A DNA stretch of 50,554 nucleotides, taken from positions 1 to 50,554 of IMG/VR virus record IMGVR_UViG_3300032180_000009; one strand, written 5' to 3'. Origin of the DNA: a virus (taxonomy: Duplodnaviria; Caudoviricetes). The stretch's first letter is position 1; each line of letters starts with the position of its first letter. The notes beneath the pieces were generated by a model. The model saw nothing but the letters and a program-made list of their open reading frames with translations. It had not been told where the DNA came from and did no database searches. A program made the translations under genes and the position numbers. This document shows positions 1 to 9,289 of the stretch, in pieces.

Positions 1-121
1 CGTCGCACCGACGCGTCGGTCGTTCTGATCCCGCGCTGCGGTAGCTGCACCGCACCATAGGCCCTGCCCTCAGCCGTTGGCCGGGGGTGGGGCCAAAATT
101 TTGGCCCCACGCGAGGGCCAG
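1..121. repeat. Terminal direct repeat, copy 1 (identical to 50434-50554)
   Basis: First 121 nt (cgtcgcaccgacg...gagggccag) match the last 121 nt exactly, indicating a circular assembly overlap or terminal redundancy. Confidence 0.95.
87..110. repeat. Perfect 24-bp palindrome GTGGGGCCAAAATTTTGGCCCCAC
   Basis: Read directly; flanked by a further tggcc/ggcca pair. Confidence 0.9.
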
Positions 122-173
122 TCTACCCCAGCAAATTGTGTAAGAAAATTGAATCATGCATACAATGGGGTGC

Positions 174-201
174 TTGACATTCACGCCTAATGTGCCATAG
201 T
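174..201 (+). promoter_or_regulatory. Sigma70-type promoter for the packaging/structural operon
   Basis: TTGACA (174-179), 16-nt spacer, TGn extended -10 and CATAGT (196-201), upstream of the first + strand gene. Confidence 0.6.
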
Positions 202-240
202 GATGGGTGACGGTGGTAGACCGACTCTGCCACGATTGGA

Positions 241-630
241 GTGAAGGCGATGTTGGAGGGTTTTGTTGATGTGACGCCGATCGTTCGGTGTGGCGTCTAT
301 GCCTTGGTTCGGGATGGCGCGGTGGTTTACGTGGGTCAGGGCAAGAAGATGATTGCCCGAGTGGAGGCCCATCGCTCAAACTGGGGCCGGAAGTCAGTGC
401 CTGCTTGGATGCCGGTGTCGCTTCGAGGGGTGCTATTCGACCAAGTCTACGTCCTCCCCTGTCGCGTTGAAGACCTTGACCGCCTCGAAGCCGCCATGAT
501 CGACCTATACAAGCCGAAGTTCAACATCAAGCTCAAGGCTCCAACCCCATTGACTCGGCAACCCATTTCTGTGGCTGGAGTCCCACTGAACTTCCGTCCG
601 CCCACTCAAGGCTTCGAACGAAGGATCTAA
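241..630 (+). CDS. GIY-YIG nuclease family protein
   Basis: CGVYAL...VVYVGQG...R..AH and LE..MI...KPKFN match the GIY-YIG motifs. Confidence 0.75.
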   Translation: MKAMLEGFVDVTPIVRCGVYALVRDGAVVYVGQGKKMIARVEAHRSNWGRKSVPAWMPVSLRGVLFDQVYVLPCRVEDLDRLEAAMIDLYKPKFNIKLKAPTPLTRQPISVAGVPLNFRPPTQGFERRI

Positions 631-633
631 CCC

Positions 634-1248
634 GTGCCCCTCAAGGCAGGCCATATCAACGCCGCCCAACCCGAGATCTCTGGCATCCGGGTGCTTGCGC
701 GTGCGGATTTGAGTGTGCTCCTTGAGAAGCGCCCTCAGACCCTCCTCAAGTCCCTTAGCGATGGCCATCACCGTGTGGCTCGAGCCGTGGCGGCCGGCCT
801 TTCCAATGTCGATGTGGCTGCCATCACCGGCCGTACTGCCAATCGCATTGCTATGCTTAAGCAGGACCCTGCCTTCATCGAACTGGTCGCTCACTACCGT
901 GGCATTGTCACCTCGGACTATGTTCAGTCAGTCGACTCCTACATGGAAGTCGCCACTGCGAACATGCTCAAGGCTGAGACCATGCTTGGGGACAAACTGG
1001 ACGAAGCTCAAGACTCGGGCGAATCCTTGCCCACTCGAGACCTCATTGCCATCTCCCGCGACGCCGCCGATCGCTTCGGCTACGGCAAGATGCAAAAGAA
1101 CCTGAACGTCAATGTCGACTTCGCGTCTCAACTCGAAGCCGCCCGAAAGCGTTCATCTCAGGCCCGAAGCCAACCGGCTCGGGCGGCCCCAGAGACTCCC
1201 CCTGCCCTAGCCTTGTCTCTGGGGCCAACGTCGTTCAGGAGACTGTAA
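634..1248 (+). CDS. Putative terminase small subunit (HTH-containing)
   Basis: Directly upstream of TerL; HTH-like segment GLSNVDVAAITGRTANRIAML..DPAF; helical. Confidence 0.55.
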   Translation: MPLKAGHINAAQPEISGIRVLARADLSVLLEKRPQTLLKSLSDGHHRVARAVAAGLSNVDVAAITGRTANRIAMLKQDPAFIELVAHYRGIVTSDYVQSVDSYMEVATANMLKAETMLGDKLDEAQDSGESLPTRDLIAISRDAADRFGYGKMQKNLNVNVDFASQLEAARKRSSQARSQPARAAPETPPALALSLGPTSFRRL

Positions 1249-1397
1249 TGGCCTCCTGTCATAGTAGGGACCCTACAGATGCTTGATCGCCCAGATGGTA
1301 GTCGGACATCGTTCGGTGTCGATCGTTCTGTGGGGTCCCGACCACCTCAGTGCCCGCCAGGGCTGCACGTTCCTTCCGAAAGCATCACTGCATGGAT

Positions 1398-2975
1398 ATG
1401 AATCGACGACAACTACTTACCGGTGTGGGTGCCGTTGCGCTTGCCGGTGGTGCGTCTTCAACTTCAGCCATGTCCGCCGACCTCCTCGATTGGCTCGCCT
1501 CCGTCGCCGACGATCCCTATGCCTTCGCCCTAGGCGCCTTCCCGTGGGGCGAAGCCGGAACAGTGTTGGAGAACCACGTCCTAGACCCATGGCAAGTCTG
1601 GGTCCTCTGCGCCATCCGCGATCGCATCCTCAACATCGACGAGGCCATCCAAATCGCAGTCGCCTCCGGCCACGGCATCGGCAAGTCCGCCCTCGTCGCA
1701 ATCATCATCCTATGGGCCTTCACCACCTTTCCCGACACCCTAGGCATCGTTACCGCCAACACTGAAACCCAGCTCAAGACCAAAACCTGGGCCGCCCTCG
1801 GTAAGTGGTTCAACCTCTGTTGGTTCGCGCGAGAACACTTCACCCTGAATGCCACCTCACTGTTGAGCAAAGACCCTAGCCGAGAGCGCACATGGCGCAT
1901 CGACATGATCCCCTGGTCCGAAAAGAACCCCGAAGCCTTTGCCGGTATGCACAACGAAGGCAAGCGCATCCTGATGATCTTCGACGAGGCCTCAGCCATC
2001 CACGACCTCATCTGGGAAACCGCCGAAGGCGCCCTCACCGACGCCAAAACCCAAATCCTGTGGCTTTGCTTCGGCAACCCCACCCGCAACTCCGGCCGCT
2101 TCCGTGAATGCTTCGAAGGAGGAAAACACAATGCCTTTTGGCTCACCAGACAGATCGATTCGCGGACTGTTGCTATTACGAACAAGTCTCGCTTTGAGAA
2201 ATGGATCAAGGCCTACGGCGCCGACTCTGACTTTGTTCGCGTCCGTGTCTTGGGCCAGTTCCCACGAATCGGCGAGATGGAGTTCTTCAGCGCCACTGAT
2301 ATCGATGCAGCTATGGCGCCTGATCGCGAGGTATTTGTGGATGCTTTCACACCACTGGCGCTTGGCGTCGATGTCGCTCGCTTCGGCCGAAACAACTCCG
2401 TTCTATTTCCTCGTAAAGGCCGGGACGCCCGTTCCATTCCCAAGCGAGTCTACAACGGCCTCTCCACCGTCGAAGTAGCCAACCGAGTTCACTCCTGCTT
2501 CACCGAACTCCGGCCCGATGGAATCTTCATAGACGAAGGCGGTGTCGGTGGCGGCGTCGTTGACAACTGCCGGCGTCAGCAACTCTACGTCCTCGGCATT
2601 CAGTTCCAACAAAAGGACTCCATCACCGGCGTCGTCAACGACAACTCCGGAGAACGTTATGCCAACATGCGAGCGGCTATGTACGGCGCTGCTCGTGCTT
2701 GGCTCAAGGGCGGCATGTTGCCAATCGATCCTGACCTTCGCGCCGCAATGCTTGCCATCAAATACACCTTCAACCTCCGTGATGAAATCATCTTGGTTTC
2801 CAAAGAGGACTTGCTTGACGACAACCCCGACCTTGACCTCGACACTCTCGATGCCTTCTGCCTAACCTTTGGTGGACCACTGGCATCAAATGCCTATGCT
2901 GGAGGCGACCATCCACATAAACCTCTAGTCGAGTCAGAGTATGATCCATATAGTTCAGAAAGGATGAGTGCATAA
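1398..2975 (+). CDS. terL: Terminase large subunit (start uncertain: 1392, 1398 or 1470)
   Basis: Walker A VASGHGIGKS, Walker B MIFDEAS, FGNPTR coupling motif, RNase H-like LGVDVARFG nuclease motif. Confidence 0.95.
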   Translation: MNRRQLLTGVGAVALAGGASSTSAMSADLLDWLASVADDPYAFALGAFPWGEAGTVLENHVLDPWQVWVLCAIRDRILNIDEAIQIAVASGHGIGKSALVAIIILWAFTTFPDTLGIVTANTETQLKTKTWAALGKWFNLCWFAREHFTLNATSLLSKDPSRERTWRIDMIPWSEKNPEAFAGMHNEGKRILMIFDEASAIHDLIWETAEGALTDAKTQILWLCFGNPTRNSGRFRECFEGGKHNAFWLTRQIDSRTVAITNKSRFEKWIKAYGADSDFVRVRVLGQFPRIGEMEFFSATDIDAAMAPDREVFVDAFTPLALGVDVARFGRNNSVLFPRKGRDARSIPKRVYNGLSTVEVANRVHSCFTELRPDGIFIDEGGVGGGVVDNCRRQQLYVLGIQFQQKDSITGVVNDNSGERYANMRAAMYGAARAWLKGGMLPIDPDLRAAMLAIKYTFNLRDEIILVSKEDLLDDNPDLDLDTLDAFCLTFGGPLASNAYAGGDHPHKPLVESEYDPYSSERMSA

Positions 2976-3238
2976 TGGTCGACCCCATCACCCTTACCGG
3001 CCTCGCCCTCGCTGCCGTCGGTGGTGCCACAGCCGCTGGCCTTGCGGGAGGTGGTGCCAGCGCCGCTCCCGCTCCCACACCGGCCTCCCCAACTGCTCCT
3101 GCTCCCACCGCTTCGGCCCCACCGGCCTCCAACCCCATGGGTCAAGCCAAGAAGCCGCCACCGCAGCAACAATCGTTCATCGGTGCAGCAGCGACTCCGA
3201 ATACCCAAAGCGGATCCAAGACACTTTTGGGACAGTGA
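2975..3238 (+). CDS. Small Ala/Pro-rich protein between terminase and portal (probable virion protein)
   Basis: TAATG coupling to terL; hydrophobic N-terminus, Pro-rich linker, KTLLGQ C-terminus typical of pre-portal genes in podoviruses. Confidence 0.7.
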   Translation: MVDPITLTGLALAAVGGATAAGLAGGGASAAPAPTPASPTAPAPTASAPPASNPMGQAKKPPPQQQSFIGAAATPNTQSGSKTLLGQ

Positions 3239-3239
3239 T

Positions 3240-3386
3240 ATGCGTCTAGGCCCGACCAACCTCACAATCTACCGCTCCGGCGTCTGGTGGGGATGGATCA
3301 ACCTTCGCCACTGCCACTCGTGGCGCTGGGCCATTCTCTACCTCGGCCGCGTTGGCATTTGCTGGCATGTGCGCCCATGCCCGTAG
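3240..3386 (+). CDS. Hypothetical Trp-rich small protein
   Basis: ATG 1 nt after the upstream stop; fills the operon gap. Confidence 0.4.
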   Translation: MRLGPTNLTIYRSGVWWGWINLRHCHSWRWAILYLGRVGICWHVRPCP

Positions 3387-3553
3387 TTCCCATGCCCACT
3401 GCGAAGCCATCGACCAAAGGTCCCAAGCACCTTCAAGACACTCGCCCTCCACCTTCCCAACCCTTTGCCCTTATGGCGGCCGCGCAAATGCATGACGAAG
3501 GGCGTCTCATTCCCGACCTCCCACCGCAGATGGGCGGTAAGGAACCTTCATGA
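3377..3553 (+). CDS. Hypothetical protein (MPVVPMP...)
   Basis: ATGA overlap with the portal start. Confidence 0.55.
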   Translation: MPVVPMPTAKPSTKGPKHLQDTRPPPSQPFALMAAAQMHDEGRLIPDLPPQMGGKEPS

Positions 3554-5292
3554 ACGCCCATACCCCACCACCCATCGAAGCCAATGGCAACACCCGCGAC
3601 CAAGCCGCCCTTCGCTATTCCGAAGGTCGCCTCATTGGCCTTCGCGTCAACCGCTACTCTTGGTGGACCCACTGGCGTGAATTAGCCGATTACTTCCTCC
3701 CGAGGAGATACAAGTGGATCATAACCCCAAACATGATGGCTCGAGGCTCTCCGATCAATCAGCATATCCTCGATTCGACTGGTGTCATCTGTGCGCGCAA
3801 CCTAGCCTCCGGCCTCGTGAGTGGCAAGAGCTCACCCACCAGACCTTGGTTCAAACTCCGGATTGGCAAGATCGATTCAACGCAAACGTCTCCCGTTTCG
3901 CTTTGGCTCGCTGAGTGTGAGCGCCTCCTCTACCTCATCTTCTCCGAATCCAACTTCTACAACACCATCGCCCAGTTCTACTTCGACCTTGTGATCTTCG
4001 GCACTGCCTCAATGCTCATCTACGAGGACTTCGAGAATGTCATCAATTGCATCAACCCCTGCGCAGGGGAGTACTACGTCGACATTGATGGTAAGTACCG
4101 TCCGACCATTTTCTATCGTGAGTTCACGCTCACGGTGGACGCAGTTGTGGCTGAGTTCGGCTTTGACAACTGCTCCGACTCCGTCCAACAACTCTACCGC
4201 GATGCCGGTGGCGCCAATCGAACCCGAGAACTCATAATCGCCCACTCCATCGAACCCAACAACGACGGCAATGCCGAGGCCTTTGGTATCCCCACCATGT
4301 TCGCCTTCCGTGAGTTCTATTGGGAATGGGGCGGCTCTGCATCCCCTCAAGGTTCCAACTTCCAACCCCGCGGCTTCCTTCGCAAGAAGGGCTACTTCGA
4401 ACAACCTAACATCACCGGCAGATGGGACATCGTCTCCAACGACGCCTACGGCCGCTCCCCCGCCATGGACGCCCTGCCCGATCAGAAGCAAGTCCAACTC
4501 GAACAGCGCCGCAAGGCCCAAGCCATTGACAAGATGGTGAACCCGCCTCTCGTAGCCGATGTCCAGTTGAAGAATCAACCCGCCTCCCTCCTTCCGGGCG
4601 GGATGACCTATGTCAGTGGCTTTACCACCACCGGCAGACCCGGCATAGCCTCAGTCTACGACACCAAGTTCCCCGTCGCTGAGATCGTTCAAGACCTCGA
4701 AGAAGTCCGAGCCCGCCTTGGGAAGATCTTCTTCAATGACGTTCTGATGACCGCGTCCCAGTTCGAAACCCGTTCCAACGTCACCGCTGTTGAATGGAAT
4801 ATGCGCAAGTCTGAGTCCATGGTGGCCTTAGGCCCTGCCCTCGATCGGATTGATTTCGAAGTCCTTAGTCCCACCATAGAACGTGTCTTCGGCATTGCCT
4901 CACGCGCTGGCATCCTACCGCCTGCACCTCCAGAGATCGCCGGCGCCATGATCAATATCACCTACATCTCCATGCTAAAGCAGGCTCAAGACGCCAGTGC
5001 TTCCTCTGGCATCGAAGACGTCCTCCGCATGGCCGGTGAGTTGGTCGCCACCAAACCCGAGGCCATGGACAACATCGACATCGACTACGCTATTGACAAA
5101 TACTCCTACCTACGCGGTAATGATCCCAAGATGATCCGTAGTCCCCAAGACCTTGAACAGATCCGTGCCGATCGGGCCCAGCAAGCCCAAGCCGCTCAGC
5201 AGGCCCAGATTGCCGAACAGCTTTCCTCTGGCGCTGCCAATCTCTCCAAGGCCGGCCTAATGCCTCGTGGCCAACAACCGGTGCCAGCATGA
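3550..5292 (+). CDS. Portal (head-tail connector) protein
   Basis: 580 aa; WRELADYFLP, LASGL..SPTRPWF, SNFY, YGRSPAMDAL, TAVE motifs of T7/BPP-1-type portals; position. Confidence 0.93.
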   Translation: MNAHTPPPIEANGNTRDQAALRYSEGRLIGLRVNRYSWWTHWRELADYFLPRRYKWIITPNMMARGSPINQHILDSTGVICARNLASGLVSGKSSPTRPWFKLRIGKIDSTQTSPVSLWLAECERLLYLIFSESNFYNTIAQFYFDLVIFGTASMLIYEDFENVINCINPCAGEYYVDIDGKYRPTIFYREFTLTVDAVVAEFGFDNCSDSVQQLYRDAGGANRTRELIIAHSIEPNNDGNAEAFGIPTMFAFREFYWEWGGSASPQGSNFQPRGFLRKKGYFEQPNITGRWDIVSNDAYGRSPAMDALPDQKQVQLEQRRKAQAIDKMVNPPLVADVQLKNQPASLLPGGMTYVSGFTTTGRPGIASVYDTKFPVAEIVQDLEEVRARLGKIFFNDVLMTASQFETRSNVTAVEWNMRKSESMVALGPALDRIDFEVLSPTIERVFGIASRAGILPPAPPEIAGAMINITYISMLKQAQDASASSGIEDVLRMAGELVATKPEAMDNIDIDYAIDKYSYLRGNDPKMIRSPQDLEQIRADRAQQAQAAQQAQIAEQLSSGAANLSKAGLMPRGQQPVPA

Positions 5293-5492
5293 CCATAATT
5301 GCATCCTGCGGCCAAGTCCGCCATATCACCGTCGATCCCTTCGGCCGCGTTTTCGAAGTCACCAATCTTTTCGACAAGTTTGGCGAACCCACCCTCGATC
5401 CCGTACTTGCGTCCACCTGTGTTATCATGCTTTCCGATGGCGCATGGCTACCCCAAGATGCCAACGACGTTCCCATCTACACGGTGCATTGA
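5289..5492 (+). CDS. Hypothetical protein
   Basis: ATGA overlap with the portal stop; abuts the next gene. Confidence 0.6.
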   Translation: MTIIASCGQVRHITVDPFGRVFEVTNLFDKFGEPTLDPVLASTCVIMLSDGAWLPQDANDVPIYTVH

Positions 5493-5924
5493 ATGAACAA
5501 TGCCGCTGACCGAAAGTCCATCCGCCGCTTGGAGAAGCAGGCCAAACTCGTCGACGCCAATCGCCGTGCCGTCATAACTCAGTTGATGTCCACTTCCTTC
5601 GGCCGGGAGTGGATGTGGGATGTCCTCGCCCAGTGCCATTGCTTTGCCACCACCTTCAACGGCGATGCCCTTCAATCCGCTTTCATGGAGGGCCAACGTG
5701 CGATTGGCCTTGCCATCATCTCCGACATCATGCTCGCGTGCCCCGACCAATACATTCAAGCCATGAGAGAGTCAAATGAACGATCAAGTCTCGATGAACG
5801 ACGTAGCAGCCCGGAGTCCGACGGGGGAGATTCTGGATCAGTCGACGGTGACGACTCCGGGGGCGACCTCAACGGACCCGACCCTTACGCAACAGTCCCA
5901 ACAGGATCCTACGAAGTCCGCTGA
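5493..5924 (+). CDS. Bbp19-like phage protein
   Basis: LMST..GREWMWDVL..C..F...F...AFMEGQRAIGL motif; post-portal position. Confidence 0.75.
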   Translation: MNNAADRKSIRRLEKQAKLVDANRRAVITQLMSTSFGREWMWDVLAQCHCFATTFNGDALQSAFMEGQRAIGLAIISDIMLACPDQYIQAMRESNERSSLDERRSSPESDGGDSGSVDGDDSGGDLNGPDPYATVPTGSYEVR

Positions 5925-6531
5925 TGCAACACCTCCGAGTGACCCGACCAAGTCTACTGATCCCACACAGCCCCCTCCGGCCAAAGCCGACGCCGGTACC
6001 ACTGTTCCCGAGAAATATGAATTCAAAGCTCCCGACAACTACACCATTGATCCCGCCGCCATTGCCGCCGCGACCCCGATCTTCAAGGAACTCGGCCTGA
6101 CCCAAGATCAAGCCCAGAAGCTGATGGACATCCAAATCGCCCGTGAGATTGCCCTAGCCAAAGCCCCCGACGAGGCTGTTCGCACAATGCGCAATGGCTG
6201 GCGCGGTGAGACAGAATCTCACGCTGAGATCAAAGCCACCGTGGACAAAAACAGTGGCAAAACCGGAATGGACGCAGTCAAGGTCAACATCGCCCGGACC
6301 CTCTCCGTCCTCCCGGTGGATCTCCAAGTCGAGTTCAAAGACGCCATGAACCTTACCGGCGCTGGTGACCATCCGGCCTTCGTCCGCGCCTTCAACAAAC
6401 TCGCAGCCTTCGTGACCGAAGGCTCTCACGTCAACGGCAAAGGCCCATCCGAACTGGGCCAAACCAGACCCGGCACCACTACCAAACCCGACGCTGCCGC
6501 AGCTATGTATCCCGGCTTGGCCAGGGGTTAA
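5776..6531 (+). CDS. Capsid scaffolding/assembly protein
   Basis: Low-complexity N-terminus, PEKYEFKAP, ELGLTQDQAQKL, GAGDHPAFVR, AAAMYP C-terminus; precedes the capsid gene. Confidence 0.8.
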   Translation: MNDQVSMNDVAARSPTGEILDQSTVTTPGATSTDPTLTQQSQQDPTKSADATPPSDPTKSTDPTQPPPAKADAGTTVPEKYEFKAPDNYTIDPAAIAAATPIFKELGLTQDQAQKLMDIQIAREIALAKAPDEAVRTMRNGWRGETESHAEIKATVDKNSGKTGMDAVKVNIARTLSVLPVDLQVEFKDAMNLTGAGDHPAFVRAFNKLAAFVTEGSHVNGKGPSELGQTRPGTTTKPDAAAAMYPGLARG

Positions 6532-6534
6532 TCA

Positions 6535-7041
6535 ATGCTCGACTACGATCGCCTAGTTGAACTGTTTGAGCTTTACGACAATGGCTGGTTCATAAACCGA
6601 GTTAGTCGCGGTCGTGCTAAAGAAGGCGAGCGTGCTGGTCAATTAGATATTCACGGCTATCGCCGTATCGTAATCGACTACGTTAAATACTACGAACACC
6701 ATCTCGTTTGGTTCTGGGTTCATGGTGAGTGGCCAGACGAGATTGATCATATCGATGGCGATCGAGCTAACAACGCACCCGATAACTTGCGTTGTTGTAC
6801 TCGCACTGAAAACTGTTTTAATGCCAAGAGAGAAACTGGTCAGTCCGGCCTCAAAGGGGCGTACCTGGATAAACGGAACCTTCAATGGTATTCCAAAATC
6901 CAGATCGGTGGTCAGGTGAAGTTCTTGGGAAACCACGGCTCTGCTGAAGAAGCACATGCGGCTTTCATGGCAGCAGTCGAACTTCATCATGGAGAGTTCG
7001 CTTTCCATAATAGACCACACCCTCAACAGGAGACTGAATAA
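6535..7041 (+). CDS. HNH homing endonuclease with C-terminal AP2 domain
   Basis: IDHIDGDRANNAPDNLR HNH motif; SGLKGAY..W.SKI....KFLG...AEEAH AP2 motif; lower GC than flanks. Confidence 0.9.
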   Translation: MLDYDRLVELFELYDNGWFINRVSRGRAKEGERAGQLDIHGYRRIVIDYVKYYEHHLVWFWVHGEWPDEIDHIDGDRANNAPDNLRCCTRTENCFNAKRETGQSGLKGAYLDKRNLQWYSKIQIGGQVKFLGNHGSAEEAHAAFMAAVELHHGEFAFHNRPHPQQETE

Positions 7042-8084
7042 TGGCTGCTATTGGAAGTCTAGCCCTGACGTACGCGGACTGGGCAAAAAGATTGGAAGAT
7101 GGGTATCGAGTAGCAAATATCATCGAACTGCTTTCCCAGACCAACGAGATCCTCGACGATATCTTGGTTGTCGAAGGCAACCTCCCCACCGGACACAAGA
7201 CCACCGTCCGTACCGGTCTCCCTCAGGCCACTTGGCGCCTGTTGAACGCTGGCGTCCCCACCGGCAAATCAACCACCGCTCAGATCGTCGACACCGTCGG
7301 CAACCTCGAGACCTATGCCGATATCGACAAGGACATCGCAGACCTCAACGGTAATACCGCTGACTTCCGCCTGTCGGAAGTGCGCGCGTTCTTGGAAGGC
7401 ATGTCCCAACAGGTCGCCGCAACCCTGATCTACGGCAACCAATACGTCAACCCTGAGCGCTTCACTGGCCTTGCCCCACGCTACTCCACGGTCAACTCCG
7501 CCAACTCTCAGACCTCTGCCAACGTCCTCGATGCCGGCGGCGTTGCCTCCACCAACACCTCCTTGTGGATTGCCACCTGGGGCTCAGACACCCTCCACGC
7601 CATCTTCCCCAAGGGCAAAATCACCGGCCTCCAGCACCGTGACATGGGTGAGTGGCCGAACCTCGACGCCTCGGGCAACAAGTACCAAGTCTACCGCGAT
7701 CACTTCAAGTGGGAGATCGGGCTCTGCCTTCGCGACTGGCGCTATGTCGTTCGCGTCGCCAACATCGACGTCACTCAGCTAACCGGCGTCTCCGCAGCCA
7801 ACTTGATCAACTTGATCGTCCGTGGCCTCTACCGGCTGCCCACTGCCCCGTCGATGGCCACTGCCATTCAGACCAGCGACTCGCCGATGGTCCGTGCCAA
7901 CATGGGCAGGGTGTCGATCTACTGCAACCGCATCGTTAGGACCTATCTCGATCTTCAGGCCATGAATAAGACCAACGTCTTGCTCCGCCTTGAAGAGTTC
8001 GATGGCAAGGTCATCACCACCTTCCGCGGCATCGCAGTGCGCACCTGTGACGCCATCCTCAACAACGAGGCCCGAGTGGTCTAA
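7041..8084 (+). CDS. Major capsid protein (BPP-1 Bbp17-like)
   Basis: 347 aa; IIELLSQTNEILDD, TTVRTGLP.ATWR.LN, FRLSE..AFLEGM, DWRYVVRVANID, FRGI..R.CDAILNNE. Confidence 0.93.
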   Translation: MAAIGSLALTYADWAKRLEDGYRVANIIELLSQTNEILDDILVVEGNLPTGHKTTVRTGLPQATWRLLNAGVPTGKSTTAQIVDTVGNLETYADIDKDIADLNGNTADFRLSEVRAFLEGMSQQVAATLIYGNQYVNPERFTGLAPRYSTVNSANSQTSANVLDAGGVASTNTSLWIATWGSDTLHAIFPKGKITGLQHRDMGEWPNLDASGNKYQVYRDHFKWEIGLCLRDWRYVVRVANIDVTQLTGVSAANLINLIVRGLYRLPTAPSMATAIQTSDSPMVRANMGRVSIYCNRIVRTYLDLQAMNKTNVLLRLEEFDGKVITTFRGIAVRTCDAILNNEARVV

Positions 8085-8096
8085 TAGGAGGCTATC

Positions 8097-8636
8097 GTGA
8101 TTCTTGACAACCTACTCTCCTTCGGTGTTACCCAAAACCTGGCCCAGGTAACCGGCACCTACACTTCACTCAACTCCCTCGATCTCCACGTCGCTGCCAC
8201 CGGTCTCCCTGTCCTCGCTAACCTTCAGGGCGCTCGCGACCTTGGCATCGGCGATGACCCGGCCCTCAAGCTCTTGGTCCAAGTCACCACCACCTTCACC
8301 TCCGGTGGCGCTGGCACCCTCCAAGTCAAATTCCAGGGTGCTACTGACAACGGCTCTGGCGCCGCCAACGCCTTCTCGGACTGGTGGGTCTCCCCTGCCT
8401 ATGCCCTTGCGACCCTTGTCCAAGGCGCTCGCCTCATGGACATGGATATGCCTCGCCCGCCGGCAGGCATCGCCGTGCCTAGGTTCCTCCAACTCTCGTA
8501 TGTGATCGGTGGCGCCACCATGACCGCGGGACAGGTCTCGGCCTTCCTCGTCCTTGATCGCCACGACCAGATGTACCTGAGCACTGTAAACTCCACCCTC
8601 GGCGGCTATCCCGCCGGCATCACCGTCGCGAACTGA
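8097..8636 (+). CDS. Capsid cement/decoration protein (Bbp16-like)
   Basis: MILD..L.F start, DLGIG, RFLQL.Y...G..TAG.VSAFL; directly after the MCP; RBS GGAGG. Confidence 0.8.
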   Translation: MILDNLLSFGVTQNLAQVTGTYTSLNSLDLHVAATGLPVLANLQGARDLGIGDDPALKLLVQVTTTFTSGGAGTLQVKFQGATDNGSGAANAFSDWWVSPAYALATLVQGARLMDMDMPRPPAGIAVPRFLQLSYVIGGATMTAGQVSAFLVLDRHDQMYLSTVNSTLGGYPAGITVAN

Positions 8637-8646
8637 GGAGCCCCAA

Positions 8647-9288
8647 ATGAAGCGCCTCCTTCTCGCAACTGCACTTGGTTTGGGGCTTTTAGCCCCAGCC
8701 TCGGCTCAGGTCAACTTCACACCGCAAGCCGGCATCACCTCGGGCTACCTGCCGAAAACTACCTACTCCTCAGCCTTCTTCGGCTTCGTGCCCTTTACCA
8801 GCGCCACTGATGAAGTCTGTATCTCTGGCTCTGCGACCAAAGTCGTTCGTGTCGACCGCATCGTCATCGGTGGCACTGCCAGTACGCTCATCAACGTCCC
8901 GGTCACCGTCCTTCGTCGAGCGTCCCTCGACACAGGCGGCACCGCGGCTACAACCACTGCCAACCCTGGTATCACCACTCAAATCGCTTCACGCGACACG
9001 GGCCAGGCTCCTAACACTGCCGCCACTGCGGTCCTAGTCTCCTACACCGCTGCCCCAACTATAGTCGACACCGCGCCGGTTTATATAGATTCCGGCACTA
9101 TGGCCCTACCCGCCACTGGCACCACCAATGGCTTCGGCAACTTGGAGTTCATTTGGTCACGTGATATCGAGAACAACGTTCAAGTCCCAACCCTTCGTGG
9201 TGCTGCCCAGCAAATCTGCCTTAACTTCAACGGAACCACCCCAGGCACTGCTTTGTTGAATGGTTCCATCACTTGGACGGAGGAATGA
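8647..9288 (+). CDS. Signal-peptide-bearing Thr-rich beta protein (exported, probable virion accessory)
   Basis: MKRLLLATALGLGLLAPASA|Q; RBS GAGGAG; two Cys. Confidence 0.8.
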   Translation: MKRLLLATALGLGLLAPASAQVNFTPQAGITSGYLPKTTYSSAFFGFVPFTSATDEVCISGSATKVVRVDRIVIGGTASTLINVPVTVLRRASLDTGGTAATTTANPGITTQIASRDTGQAPNTAATAVLVSYTAAPTIVDTAPVYIDSGTMALPATGTTNGFGNLEFIWSRDIENNVQVPTLRGAAQQICLNFNGTTPGTALLNGSITWTEE

Positions 9289-9289
9289 T

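Noticed and set aside
1-121. 121-bp terminal repeat as the biological terminal repeat of the virion DNA
   Set aside because: It begins inside the 50198-50461 gene and its length is compatible with an assembler k-mer overlap; it shows circularity but not the physical ends
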